A stretch of DNA of 64,000 nucleotides from Mytilus trossulus (lineage: Eukaryota), in assembly GCF_036588685.1 (NCBI RefSeq), contig NC_086382.1, positions 44,729,552 to 44,793,551 of the forward strand, given 5' to 3'. Made by a program: the position numbers and the translations under genes. Below the pieces are notes generated by a model that was not told the DNA's origin, searched no databases, and saw only the letters and a list, made by a program, of their open reading frames with translations. Shown here piece after piece: positions 10,492-23,729 of the stretch; positions within the stretch are counted from its first letter, which is position 1; each line of letters opens with the position of its first letter.

Positions 10492-13400
10492 ATAAATGAT
10501 ATCTACCTCTTCTCTCGGTTGAGTTTTCAAAACCTTCCAATTTTTAGCTTGTTTTCCTGGTTAATTGACTTTAACCAATTATCTTGTGGCATTGTATATA
10601 TATGTCGATAAGATGTTGTATGATTTCTATTGATGTAATATTTGCAGCTTGTTCAAATGATGTGGATGTGGCTCAGTACAAGTTTCCTGTCATCAACTAT
10701 GACTTTGCAACTGCATATGTTCTAATCTTGATGAATATGCATGAAATATTTGCCACTGGACATGTAATCAACCAAATTTTGATAAATCAATCAAAGACAT
10801 GGTTGTTCAATGAAACAAAACAGAAGATTGTAAATGAAACAGCTTTTTAAACATTTGATTCATGCTGTATTAAAAAATATAAAAAGAAACAAATTTTCTT
10901 CAAAAGATTTATTTGATATAAAGTTTAGAGCTATTAATTATATATATAAGAACTTGCATAACATCTGATACTGCAATGAGGAGGAGTAGATTTTTTGTAA
11001 AGATTTAAATCAATTTATAAATCAAAAAAACTATTAAACTTGTGAAAATAGCAAAATAAATTGAATACAGATTTGTTTTACAGTTTTGCACATGTGTATA
11101 GTGAAAGCTGGAATGAGTTTTAGTGAAGAGCATCTCAAATGATCTTTACTGTCAGTTGTTAAAGAGATGACTCATCTAAATCTGTACATTAGAAAAACGA
11201 TGCCAGTGGTTTTTTGAATGGCAAGATCTGCTGCAGAATGGAATTTGAAATCCTGCAACTAATTAGCATAAGGTATGTGTGTATGAATTATAGAAAATGC
11301 ATGTATTATGAATTGATGTAGTGATTTAATTGGATTAATAGTTCTTTAATACTATATTGCAGCATAGCTAATGCTTTTTACACATTCTGACAGTGCATGC
11401 ATGGTGATTTTTATTGCATAAACAGGAACATGTTTTTTTAAATTGACCTATATATATACATGTATAGGGAATATTGTTTACACATTAAGACAAAGCATTA
11501 AATAAATTCATAAACATTGACATTGAAGTTTTAAGATTTATATTTCCTGCCACAGGATAATAAGCTATTCTTCCACAGCTATTTTAAAACTAAATTCAAC
11601 ATGTTTTTATTACTGAGTATTATTTATTGCAGTTTGTATATACTACTGACTTTTCATAAAATACATATGAACTTTCTTTTCATATTGTATGCACATTTTC
11701 TAAGACCATGATTCTACTTGCAGCTTCAAGATCTTAAAACAAGAAATGTAGTGATATCCATTTATTACTGATAGGAGCATTTATATAGTGGGTTTTTTTC
11801 TCAGTATTCTCACAAAGTTTAAAATAAATAATCTATTCTAGCATTTATAGATCGCTGTTAAACATATAAGCTGTTCATATTAGATACTTGCTATTCTGTT
11901 CTGATATTAATATACTGTACAGTAAAAGAGAAAAGATCAAGCTCACCTAGATCAAGGTGTTACCTTTTTACCTGTAACTTTTTTCAAATTTCTATTTTTT
12001 AGCTCACTGGTCTAAAAGGCAATGTGAACTTTAGCAATAGCTTGGCTTCTGATGCTGTTTTCCGTCCATCTTTGTGAAGGTAAAGTACTTTAAAGCATTA
12101 TAGTTTGTAAAAATAAAGAGATGATTTGTGATTGCCAATGACACATCTTCCCATCAAATTAAATGGAAGTAAGCAACTAATTTTAGGTCACCATACAGCC
12201 TGCTAATTGAGCACAACTCATACTGTAAAAGCTACAAAAGGCACTAACATGACAAAATATGAAACAATTCAATTAAGAAAACTGGGTCAGATTTATGACA
12301 AAATAATAATCGAAGTTATAGTAGACGGCAACCTGAATGAACAGGCTACTGACTTAGGACAGGTTCATGAAGAAATATGGGGTGTTAACACAGGTTTGTG
12401 AAGGTTCCCGTTCCGCAACCTTTTGAAGACTGCCAATTATTTTGAAGCTTTGATTTAAATGAAAAAAAAATGCAAATTAATGAGTGTCCATAATCAAAAT
12501 CAAATGTTGAATCCCCTTATATCACTTAAAGTAGGAATGAATTGTAAATCTGAAAAGTATTGGGTAAACTCTACATGTTTAGATTTAGATTTATTTCAAA
12601 GATGACCTTCATCAGACATTGTACCGTGAAATTTATGACACTAGAGATATGCCTTTTTATTCAATGACCATAAAAGTTGATAATTTTACTTTAAACAAAA
12701 TTCACTGAAGCTGAAACTAAACTATCTTCATGTAATTTGACGAACAGTAAACATTTAAGGTATCAATACATTGTAAGTTTATCGTAATATGACCCTGACT
12801 TTACTGAATAACTAAAATATTTGTCTTAGTATCATATTTCACATTGATAATCTACACGGATAACACTTTAGATGTCTCTTTATCAAATTTTGTGAACAAT
12901 GTATATTTTTCGGCCCAATTAAATTTGAATACGATGATACTTGATAGTGTCGTTTGGTCGGCTGGGTAGATGGCTGATAAGGATCAAGAGGAGCTTCATT
13001 GAAAAGAATGCTCTCAAAATTATTGATAATTGTCTCAATGCGTATGACATTTAACATTGTTGATATCCGGTTTTATATATCAATATCTTTAAGGTTACAT
13101 TTTATTGTAATTACAAAGGTTTGTAAGTTCTTTTGGAGTTTTACAGGAGTTGACATTTATAGAAGTAATAGGGATAGTCATAAATTCTAAAAAAGTATGT
13201 CTATATATTATTAATATGGTACAATAGATAAATGCCTTCCTACTTTGTTTATCGTTGTTAAGACAGAGGGTTACAATGGTTATTATGTCTGTTCATTCAT
13301 TCTGTCTTCCATCCAGATTTTTTTATTCATAATCCATCCTTTTCCTCGCATGAAAAGAACATCCAATGTCTGCCATTATTAATTGGATTAAGCTTCTCTG

Positions 13401-14279
13401 ATAAATTTGATAAAAATGTTCATTTAGCTATTGATTAATGAAAGTATACAAAGACTTTGTAAATATCAACTATGAGCATTGACAAAAATTGTTGCCTTGT
13501 ATAAATTTAAACCTTTTTTTGGTTATCAAAATCCCAAACCCTGAAAAAAAGTGAAACTAGCTAATTAAGAGTCAGTTATCCTATAATTACCATAGGCCAT
13601 TTTATTTGCTTTGTAATTAAAGAAGGAACCATACATGTATAAGAATGTTAATATTATTCTTATGCCCAATTAATGGGCAATAGGTTTTTTTCTGTCTGTG
13701 CGTCTGTTTGTGTGTCCGTTCGTCCATATGTCCAATCTTTCGTCCATCCGTCTGTTCATCCATTGGTTTGTCCATCTATCTGTCCTGCTTCAGGTTAAAG
13801 TTTTTAGTCAAGGTAGTTTTTGATGAAGTTAAAGTCCAATCAACTTGAAACATGTTCCCTTTAATATGATCCTTCTAATTTTAATGTCAAATTAGAGTTT
13901 TTAATCCAATTTTACAGTCTACTGAAAACAGAAAATGATAGTGTGAGTGGGGAATCAGTGTACTATGGACACATTCTTGTTTTTGCCTAAGAAAGCGATG
14001 CATATTGCCTATGTATATGGTTGATATGGAGAAAAAATAATAACTAAAGTTTCAATGAGTATTTTAATGTTGATATTATTGAAATTATAATGTGATATTA
14101 AAGATATACACAATAGAATAACAAAAGAGTAATGCATTAAGCATGTTAAAAAAACAACCCCTAAAAAAAACCTGTATAATATTACACGAAAAGGTGATGA
14201 CCTTAAAAACATTCCTTTTAAGTTTTCACAACTTGAAAGAGATTTTAATAGATATACTCATGCATTAATTATTATAATT

Positions 14280-14830
14280 CATGGTTGAAAGATTTTCCCT
14301 ACAGTATGATCTTTGATTTAAATGTCCTTGGTACATTTAAAAGTAAATATAAAATTGAATATTTAATGTTTACAGCTTTCTTTACACTTTTAGGGTAGGT
14401 CTTCTTCTATTTAATATATATAGAATTTAAAACTTTGAAATGGATTCTACTATTTTTAGCTTTCATGATACTTTGACAGTAGCTAAATGATTTCTCTTTA
14501 AAGACACTATATTCTGTGAACAGCTGTGATAGATCTTCTCATGTTCAGCTTTCATTAAATTTTGTGAAGTCCTCTTATATTTATAGTCTTCACAGTACTT
14601 AATTCTGTTGACAGCTTTTACTGTATTTGTAAGTCTTCATCTTTTTGAAGATTTCACTGTATTATGATATGTGTTCTTTTATTTTTTAGCTGTACTTGGG
14701 TGTAGGTCCTCATGTTTTCAGCATTTACTTTACCTTGGTAGGTCTTCTGCATGGTTTCTAGCTTTTACTATACTATGGTAGATCTTCCAGTTTTAGCTTT
14801 CACTTTAGTTGGGTAAAGGTCCTTCTTTTT
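14280..14830. repeat. Degenerate repeats of 50-60 bp (...ttagctttcactttacttggtaggtcttc...), about 8-9 copies, leading into the composite satellite block.
   Basis: Recurring 'agctttcac/tttactttggtaggtcttc' cores near 14390, 14455, 14540, 14590, 14640, 14700, 14745 and 14790. The same core reappears at 16590-16640 just before the 61-bp array. Confidence 0.6.
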
Positions 14831-16480
14831 TAGCTCACCTGGCCCGAAGGGCCAAGTGAGCTTTTCCCATCACTTTGCGTCCGGCGTCCGGCGTTGTCCG
14901 TCGTCGTTGTTAACTTTTACAAAAATCTTCTCCTCTGAAACTACTGGGCCAAATCAAACCAAACTTGGCCACACTCATCATTGGGGTATCTAGTTTAAAA
15001 AATGTGTGGCATGACCCGGTCAACCAACCAAGATGGCCGCCACAGCTAAAAATAGAACATAGGGGTAAAATGCAGTTTTTGGCTTATAAATAAAAAAACA
15101 AAGCATTTAGAGCAAATCTGACATGGGGTAAATATGTTTATCAGGTCAAGATCTATCTGCCCTGAAATTTTCAGATGAATCAGTCAATAGGTTGTTGGGT
15201 TGCTGCCCCTGAATTGGTAATTTTGATGAAATTTTGCTGTTTTTTGTTATTATCTTGAATAGTATTATAGATAGAGATAAACTGTAAAAAGCAATAATGT
15301 TCAGCAAAGTAAGATCTACAAATAAGTCAACATGACCAAAATGGTCAATTGACCCGTTTAGGAGTTATTGCCCTTTATAGTAAATTATTAACCATTTTTC
15401 GTAAATTAAAGTAATCTTTTACAAAAATCTTCTCCTCTGAAACTACTGAGCCAAATTAATCCAAACTTGGCAACAATCATCTTTGGGGTATCTAGTTTAA
15501 AAAATGTGTGGCGTGACCAGGTCAACCAAATAAGATGGCCACAAAGGCTAAAAATAGAACATAGGGGTAAAATGCAGTTTTTGGCTTATAACTCAAAAAC
15601 CAAAGCATTTAGAGCAATCTGACTTGGGGTGCAATTGCTTATCAAATCAATATCTATCTGCCCTGTAATTGTCAGATGAATCTGACAAACTGTTGTTGGG
15701 TTGCTGCCCGTGAATCGAAAATTTTAAGGAAATTTTGCTGTTTTTGGTTATTATCTTGAATATTATTATAGATAAAGATAAACTGTAAACAGCAATAATG
15801 TTCAGCAAAGTAGGATCTATAAATAAGTCAACATGACAGAAATAGTCAGTTGACCCGTTTTGGAGTTATTGCCCTTTATAGTCAATTTTTAACCATTTTT
15901 TCGTAAATCTTAGTTATCTTTACAAAAATCTTCTCCTCTGAAACTACTGGGCCAAATTAATCCAAACTTGGCAACAATCATCTTTGGGGTATCTAGTTTA
16001 AAAAATGTGTGGCGTGACCAGGTCAACCAACCAAGATGGCCTCAAAGGCTAAAAATAGAACATAGGGGTAAAATGCAGTTTTTGGCTTATAACTCAAAAA
16101 CCAAAGCATTTAGAGCAATCTGACTTGGGGTGCAATTGCTTATCAAATCAATATCTATCTGCCCTGTAATTGTCAGATGAATCTGACAAACTGTTGTTGG
16201 GTTGCTGCCCGTGAATCGGAAAATTTAAGGAAATTTTGCTGTTTTTGGTTATTATCTTGAATATTATTATAGATAAAGATAAACTGTAAACAGCAATAAT
16301 GTTCAGCAAAGTAGGATCTATGAATAAGTCAACATGACCGAAATGGTAGATTGACCCCCCTTAGGAGTTATTGTCCTTTATAGTCAATTTTTAATTAACA
16401 TTTCCACTGATACTTCTGGGCCAAGTTCATTATAGATAGAGATAATTGTAAGCAGCAAGACTGTTTAGTAAAGTAAGATT
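14825..16480. repeat. Composite element: a perfect palindromic hairpin head (14829-14859), a GC-rich leader, three tandem copies of a 500-bp unit (starts near 14921, 15423 and 15924), and a partial fourth copy.
   Basis: The hairpin agctcacttggcccttcgggccaggtgagct reads the same on both strands. The 500-bp units are more than 90% identical (ttacaaaaatcttctcctctgaaactactgggccaaat...ggagttattgccctttatag). Each unit carries the dispersed 'caaataagtcaacatgac...ggagttattgccctt' module that also occurs at 7975, 8120, 4160, 6730 and 55745. Confidence 0.8.
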
Positions 16481-16642
16481 TAAAAACACATCACCATCAA
16501 CAAAACACAATTTTGTCATGAATTCATCTGCTTCCTTTGTTTAATATTCACATATACAAAGGTGAGCGACACAGGCTCTTTAGAGCCTCTAGTTAAGCTT
16601 TCACTTTACTTGGGGATAGTCCCTTCTGAGCATTTACTTTAC

Positions 16643-17565
16643 TTTGGTAGGTCTTACTGTTGCTAGCTTATATGCCACTCTGGTAAATTCTCCTGTTAGT
16701 TAATTTGGTAGGTCTTACTGTTGCTAGCTTATATGCCACTCTGGTAAATTCTCCTGTTAGTTACTTTGGTAGGTCTTACTGTTGCTAGCTTATATGCCAC
16801 TCTGGTAAATTCTCCTGTTAGTTACTTTGGTAGGTCTTACTGTTGCTAGCTTATATGCCACTCTGGTTAATTCTCCTGTTAGTTACTTTGGTAGGTCTTA
16901 CTGTTGCTAGCTTATATGCCACTCTGGTAAATTCTCCTGTTAATTACTTTGGTAGGTCTTACTATTGCTAGCTTATATGCCACTCTGGTAAATTCTCCTG
17001 TTAGTTACTTTGGTAGGTCTTACTGATGCTAGCTTATATGCCACTCTGGTAAATTCTCCTGTTAGTTACTTTGGTAGGTCTTACTGATGCTAGCTTATAT
17101 GCCACTCTGGTAAATTCTCCTGTTAGTTACTTTGGTAGGTCTTACTGTTGCTAGCTTATATGCCACTCTGGTAAATTCTCCTGTTGGTTACTTTGGAAGG
17201 TCTTACTGTTGCTAGCTTATATGCCACTCTGGTAAATTCTCCTGTTGGTTACTTTGGTAGGTCTTACTGTTGCTAGCTTATATGCCACTCTGGTAAATTC
17301 TCCTGTTAGTTACTTTGGTAGGTCTTACTGATGCTAGCTTATATGCCACTCTGGTAAATTCTCCTGTTAGTTACTTTGGTAGGTCTTACTGTTGCTATCT
17401 TATATGCCACTCTGGTAAATTCTCCTGTTAGTTACTTTGGTAGGTCTTACTGTTGCTAGCTTATATGCCACTCTGTTAAATTCTCCTGTTAGTTACTTTG
17501 GTAGGTCTTACTGTTGCTAGCTTATATGCCACTCTGGTAAATTCTCCTGTTGGTTACTTTGGTAG
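16643..17565. repeat. Satellite array of a 61-bp unit (ttggtaggtcttactgttgctagcttatatgccactctggtaaattctcctgttagttact), about 15 copies with very high identity.
   Basis: Direct reading: units repeat every 61 bp with only scattered single-base variants (ctgttgc/ctgatgc, gttagtt/gttggtt). It is a homogeneous tandem array, not spacer-containing. Confidence 0.95.
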
Positions 17566-20500
17566 GTATTATATTGCTTTAACAGTTCTAAAGAAGAGTT
17601 TCTTCTATATAAATTCTATGTGATATTCATGGTTAAGCTTTCACAACAATTGAAGTATATCTATGTATATAGTGAACAAATACATGTACTTCTATAACAG
17701 CTTAAGTCTCTAAATGACTTATTATATAGGGACTTTTATTAAAAGGGAGATAACTCTTACTTAACTTGGAGAAACTTCCAAACAAGGACCGAAGCTCAAA
17801 AACTCGGCAATCAACGCAGGACTTCAGAAATGTCAGGAGAGCTGACAACCTTGCTTCGGAAGTTGAACTTGGAGGTACAAACAGAAGATAACATTGGAAT
17901 ATGTTTAAAATGAAAAGTTATGATGAAGTAGCATATGGGACCATTTAAACATCTGAAAGACTTTATATTGCTCAAACTATAAAAACCTTAAAAGATTTTG
18001 AGCTAGAAATCCAAAGCCTTATTCTACCGCAATAATCAAGCAATCTTCTAAAGGGCAATATTAAAATCAAAGATTTATTTAGGGAAGCTATAGTTACCAG
18101 AACCAGTTTCAATATAGCATTATTATTTTAACACCTTACAATATATTAATTAGCTCTTGATAAATAATGATTGTGGTTAACACCAGAATACATGCATTCT
18201 GCTTTAATTATACATAATATATTATATATTTTGCAGTTTGTTTTCATCAGCAGTAAAAGTACCAGATGGAACAGAATTGGCAGGATCATATGGTAACTAT
18301 GGCAGAAACGTGTTACAAAAAATGTCTTAAATTAAGTAATGTTCTCAACGTAGCTTGGAAATTAGGTTTATCGACAATTATCTTTAAACTGATGATTTGT
18401 TATGCATAGGATACCTGTATATTAGCCTTCTGTGTGAGTGCAAAGCAGAGCTATAAATTGTTCAGGCAATGTCTTATATAATCTAACTACTAATTGCAGA
18501 AGATGTATTGGCATGATCATGCATTCATATATTGGTTAGGAGAACAATATATCAATTTATGATCTTAATTCATTTTCTCAAGTTAATATGGGTAATGCAC
18601 GAAATCAAGAATAAGTTTTAATATTATAATAGTCAAGTATTTGTATTTCTTTATCAAATTTGTCGTTGTTTACTTTATGATAATGTAAACGACTAGTCAC
18701 TGATAATTTAGATTTTACTGTAGATTTATATACTACAGGCTATTTGTAAATAATAGCTTCTTTAACTTGTGAGTCTATAATACTGTTACATTTACTTACT
18801 ACAGGTAAACCACATTTTATGAATGAAACAAGCACCTGTTGAAAACTTATGTAATTAATGAAATCAACGACTCTTGATGTTCATTTGAATTTAATGGGAT
18901 AATTTGTGGACTGGGGATTATACCATTGAGATATCTATATATTATCAGTCATCTGAGGTTGTTAAGATAGAATCTCTTAAAGGTAAGTGAAGTAATGGGG
19001 TGATTAAAATTTATTCTACATTTTCCCTGCATTCCTCTCCAGATCAAAATATATATTGTTGATATTGTAGATTAGGTTGAACTTTTTAGTCGGAGATTCT
19101 TCTTATGAATGAAACATTTTAAGTAATTTGAGACAACTAAAAGGATACTGACTTTTGAATAAAATATTCATTAACAAATATTTTGTGTTGGATGTACCTG
19201 GTAATGTTTTAAATTTTTGCATGTGTATGTTTAATGTGATTTATGCCCTTAAAAAAGGAAATGGAATGCATGGGTTGGATCTATTTCTTTACTGAAAAAC
19301 ATCTTTAAGGATATTTCTGAATTTTGAAGAATTTTTGTTGTCTATGAGGTAAGATTTGCACTGAACACATAGTTTGATATTTGATTTCTAGTTAGATAAG
19401 TAAGATTAAAAGATGCAACAAAACATATTTGCATTTTCAGTTGATAATTTATTACCACTTATTTTCATCTGAAAAATAAAGGAAGATTAGAAGGTTCCAT
19501 AGTCATAAGTATTCCTAAACAAACTATGTAATATTATTGAAACAATCAGACTATATTCTTATACTGTTATTGAGCAGTCAAACTGCAAGGGTAAAAGACA
19601 TTATAGTATTAGTATGCATTTTATAGAAGACTAGATTAAGAAATTCTTGCTATTAAAGTATAAAGACATACATGACCTTAATTAATTAACTGTGTTTGTG
19701 AACCCCTGCCACAATCAACTTCTCTGCCTCTTTTGGCCACTTTAAACCATTTTTTAAAATAAAATTCACTTGAAACTGGTCAGTCAAGATTGCTATCATA
19801 ACTATAAGTGGAAAATACTTGAAAATAAGTGCATCTCAATATTTATATTTTTATCTTTCTGATTAATTAGTAAATGTTATTTATATGAGTGAAGAAGCAA
19901 CATGATTAAAATAGGTTCTTCAGTGCCTCTGATTTGATAACCCAACAGCACTGATTCTAGAAAGAATTTCAAAATGTTTTGCAAAAATGCCTCTCAGAAA
20001 TTTTTGCATATGTTATTACAAGTAAATGTTAATACACAACAATAGGTCATTTCATATTTTTTTATGATTGCTTTTGTAAATAGTGTACATGATAAAATAA
20101 ATTAAGGTGTTTCCATATACAGCTGGTAAATACTATGGTATTAAACCTCATTTGAATTATTTGACAATCAAAATGTAATAAAATTTTATGTTGCTGTGTA
20201 TTTGAGTAAAGGTTAGATCACATCGCTCTAGCATTTTGTTAACATTTTGAATCTTGTTGTCATATCTCCATTTCATTTTGGGTATGTTTAACGATGTACC
20301 AGGGTAACACATGAACAAGTAAAACTCATTAAATATGATCCATTTCATAATTTGACATCTATGCTGATCTTCATACTTAAAATTGCAAGGAAAATCCACT
20401 TGGAGTTCTCTTTACGATAGTTTATCAGGGATTTTAGGATGAAAAAATTGTCCACCCTTGGAATGTGGGTATGATCGTTTGTCGTAAATTTTGATCGTAG

Positions 20501-22163
20501 TTTATAATCATACTTTCAAATTATTTGTTCATGTCTTCGTAACTGGGTAATAATTTTCTTTAGGTAAATAAATAGGGTAAAGTTAATATCGTTTTAAAAA
20601 GATCCGGTATCCTGAGTATGGCTCAATTATTGTGCTCAAAGCAAATATTTTTTGTGAAGTGTTTGCCAGGGTGAAAAGTTTTAATAATGTGTGTTATGTC
20701 ATCATATTGAGGTTTGTCAATAAAATACCTTGTTTAGGTATAGTGCTTGCTCAGGACAATTCATCTCCGTATAATAGTGATAATTTTGTCGTGTCATTTA
20801 CGTGAATTTGTTAAATACTGAATATGCAACCTGATAAAGGTGTTTTTATCAATTGAAGTGCAGATATTCAATGATATTTATGCATAAAGAGGTATATAGA
20901 ATTTCATATAACATCAGACAAGAGCTTGTAAGTAATTCTTATATTTTTATATTGAAAATCTTGTTTGTTAGTAATATTACATTTATATTGCATTTTTGAT
21001 AAATCTAAGGGAATACATGATATAAAAAAAAATATTGTTTGATGTGTAATGATTTTAATTGGCTTCTCAGCTTTTAGGCTTCATACCTCTGAAGTTTTCT
21101 TGATTTTTCTTCTTCCATATAATACAAGATCAAGAATGATTAATTGCAAAGTTTTCATTTTGTTAGACCAATAAGTGGCACAGACGGTACCAAACAAAGT
21201 GCCATGCCAGTGCATAGTCACTTATCACACCTAAGACATGTAAACACATCTATTGTTTTTTGTGCACTAGATATTTTTAGGTTGATACGTACATTCTGGT
21301 GAGAAAAAAATAATAAATGACTGGGGATTCATTACTTTTGACTACTGCTTCACATAAGTTGTAATAATGAAGATGTCTGGCGTAATTTATCTTTGTTATG
21401 TCACTTTAACTTCATGCTTAACCTGTGTGAAAAATGGGGTTTTCATGCATGCATTAATAGAATATTGTAGAAGATATTTTGTAAAAAAAAAAAAAGATTA
21501 TATATAGCTGAATCAAAACATGTACTATCTTTCTGAAATTGATGGTACATTTGTATTTGTAAAATACTCTATCTTGAAAAAAGGTTGATTTATGTTTTCA
21601 AATATTTTATGGATACAGATTTAACCTTCCATAGCCTACTCATATAATGTATATGGTATGGGATTTGCTCCTGGTTTTATTGTTGAAGGCTAACAATACA
21701 CTGACCTAAACATTTTTATATTGGTTATTTTTGAGTTATTAGTATAATTCATTTATTATTTGCACCATTTATCTAGAATGTGTTTAAAAATGCCCACACT
21801 TGTATATGCATGTGTCTGTTCCAAGTACAACTTAACGCAAATTTTCTCTAGATTTTTTATTGGGTATATGGTTACATTGACACTAATGACCATACCTTTG
21901 GTCATACAATCACTTGTCAGTATCAAGGTGTACACCCCTTGGTCAGATCTGTTAAACCAATGATGTATATTTCTTGTGCATGTTTGAAAGCAATAAGGCT
22001 GGTCATTAGTTTACAAATGTCAATTTCACTGATGATTTACATGATTGTATTACAGCCATTGTAAGCTATGTGTATAGTTATTTATGATGAGGTATGCTTA
22101 GAAGACTGGTAGGTCATTCTGATATGTTGTGGTTTCTAAACACAAGCTTAGGATCGTATTTAC

Positions 22164-22803
22164 ATCTTTAAGGGCATACGATACAGTTACAGGGGAGGTA
22201 ATGACATTGCTTACGTAAAATGTTATTTTTGCGACGTCAAACTGTGACATATCGGGAAAAGATGCATTTTTCGACTGATTTTTATCACTTTGAAAACTGA
22301 TTTAATTTTAAAACGAGTGCATTGACCCCTATTTTTTAAAACCACATTTTGTTTCATTTTGCATTGAAATTATGTGAACAAAATTTAATAAAACTGTAAA
22401 TAGTGCAATTTTTTAAATGTTGATAAATATACAGCAAAAAATGACGTTTTTTTCTCAATTCATGACCATTTGATAAATATGAGTTATTTCTGAATAAAAA
22501 ATGCTTAAATTGTTAGGATACTTATAAGATACAGAAATTACAAATTATTTAACAAAAAGCAATTTGTGTTTATCTTTTAAAACAAAAAAGTTATTACTTT
22601 TTTTTCTAGAGGGTAAATACGGCCACACATCTGAATTCTAAGCAAATATACAAAACTTCTACCTCATTTAACTGAAAAAGTAGCACATGAAGGTATATTT
22701 TTTATTACATATTTGATTTAATCAGACCAAAATTTAGCCTATATGGAAATTTTCAGCAAACTGTAAATACAGGATCAAAACTGTATCGTATGCCCTTAAA
22801 GGT
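22164..22803. mobile_element. MITE-like element of about 640 bp with terminal inverted repeats of about 24 bp (ctttaagggcatacgatacagtt ... aactgtatcgtatgcccttaaag).
   Basis: The left TIR at 22164-22188 and the right TIR at 22779-22803 are reverse-complement identical over at least 23 bp. A further short inverted pair is nested inside (ggatcgtatttaca / tgtaaatacaggatc). The interior is AT-rich and non-coding. Confidence 0.7.
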
Positions 22804-23729
22804 GACTACTAAGGAGGTTTACAAAGTGGTACTGATCCATGTGATAGAATCAAATCAATTTATAATATTAAAAAATTGTCAGTTGATGAACATTTGAAGA
22901 CACAAAATGAAGTTTATAGATGTTGTTTACTATTAATAGAGTTTCTGTCTTCCATGAATGATATTTTGTTTATTATGTTAGTTTAAGTCAGGATGTTGTT
23001 TTCTATGTTGAATTATTTCATATTTTGTCATTATTGAGCATTTTATGGTTACCATTCAATGGATTTTGCTCATTGTTGGTTGATTTTTAGTTATTTGCAT
23101 AATGTTCAGTGGCAAATGTTTCATGCATGTTCAGGATGGCCCTCACTGTTTAAAGCTATGTAGTAACTCCTAGTTCTTCACATGTTTGTCTTTAGCCTTG
23201 AATGGGTAGTTGTCTCACTGACAACCTCATCACATGTCCTTATATTTCAATATATGTTTCTGTTTCTGTTTAAATGTTAATGCAGTGCAAAAAGAAAAAA
23301 AAATATGAAAAGGGGTGGGGGGAGGGGTGAAGTCTTTGATGTTGACTTTTTTCATCTTTTACTCAATTCCGTGAGCTTATTTATTTACTTAAAACCCAAA
23401 TTTGTCAAAAAAAAGAAAGAAAACAAAATTATATGTGTATTGTTTTGATTGATTTAAAATTCTCTTGATGATATATTGAAGGTAACTTAATAATGTGATT
23501 AATCATAATAATGAATATTTGTCTTATCAGGGGAAGTTGAAATTTTATGCAAAAAATTATCTTATGGCTAAAAAATGTGAATGTTAACAAGGTATTTTAT
23601 CAAACCATTAACCTTTGGTGTGGTTCAAATACAAGATATTGATAGACAATTGACCTTTGATGATGTTTAAATAAAACATAAATCTCAGGTCAATAGTTTG
23701 ACACCCTATGCTTTTGGCTATAGCTATCC

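Noticed and set aside
9789-10495. ORFs 9789..10127(+), 10208..10462(-) and 10241..10495(+)
   Set aside because: They are produced by the MITE's terminal inverted repeats and by the 112-bp tandem duplication (duplicated peptide FVFILFFNKIGQCGIMIIVKVSYPNQQIIDKILVAS). They are repeat artefacts.
16643-17565. Possible CRISPR-like array, given the regular 61-bp periodicity
   Set aside because: The units are identical end to end with no variable spacers, and the genome context is eukaryotic. This is a satellite, not CRISPR.
17750-17880. Possible first exon 'MSGELTTLLRKLNLE' followed by a gt donor at about 17874
   Set aside because: It is only 15 codons with no recognisable homology, and it sits immediately after the satellite block. 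There is not enough evidence to call it.
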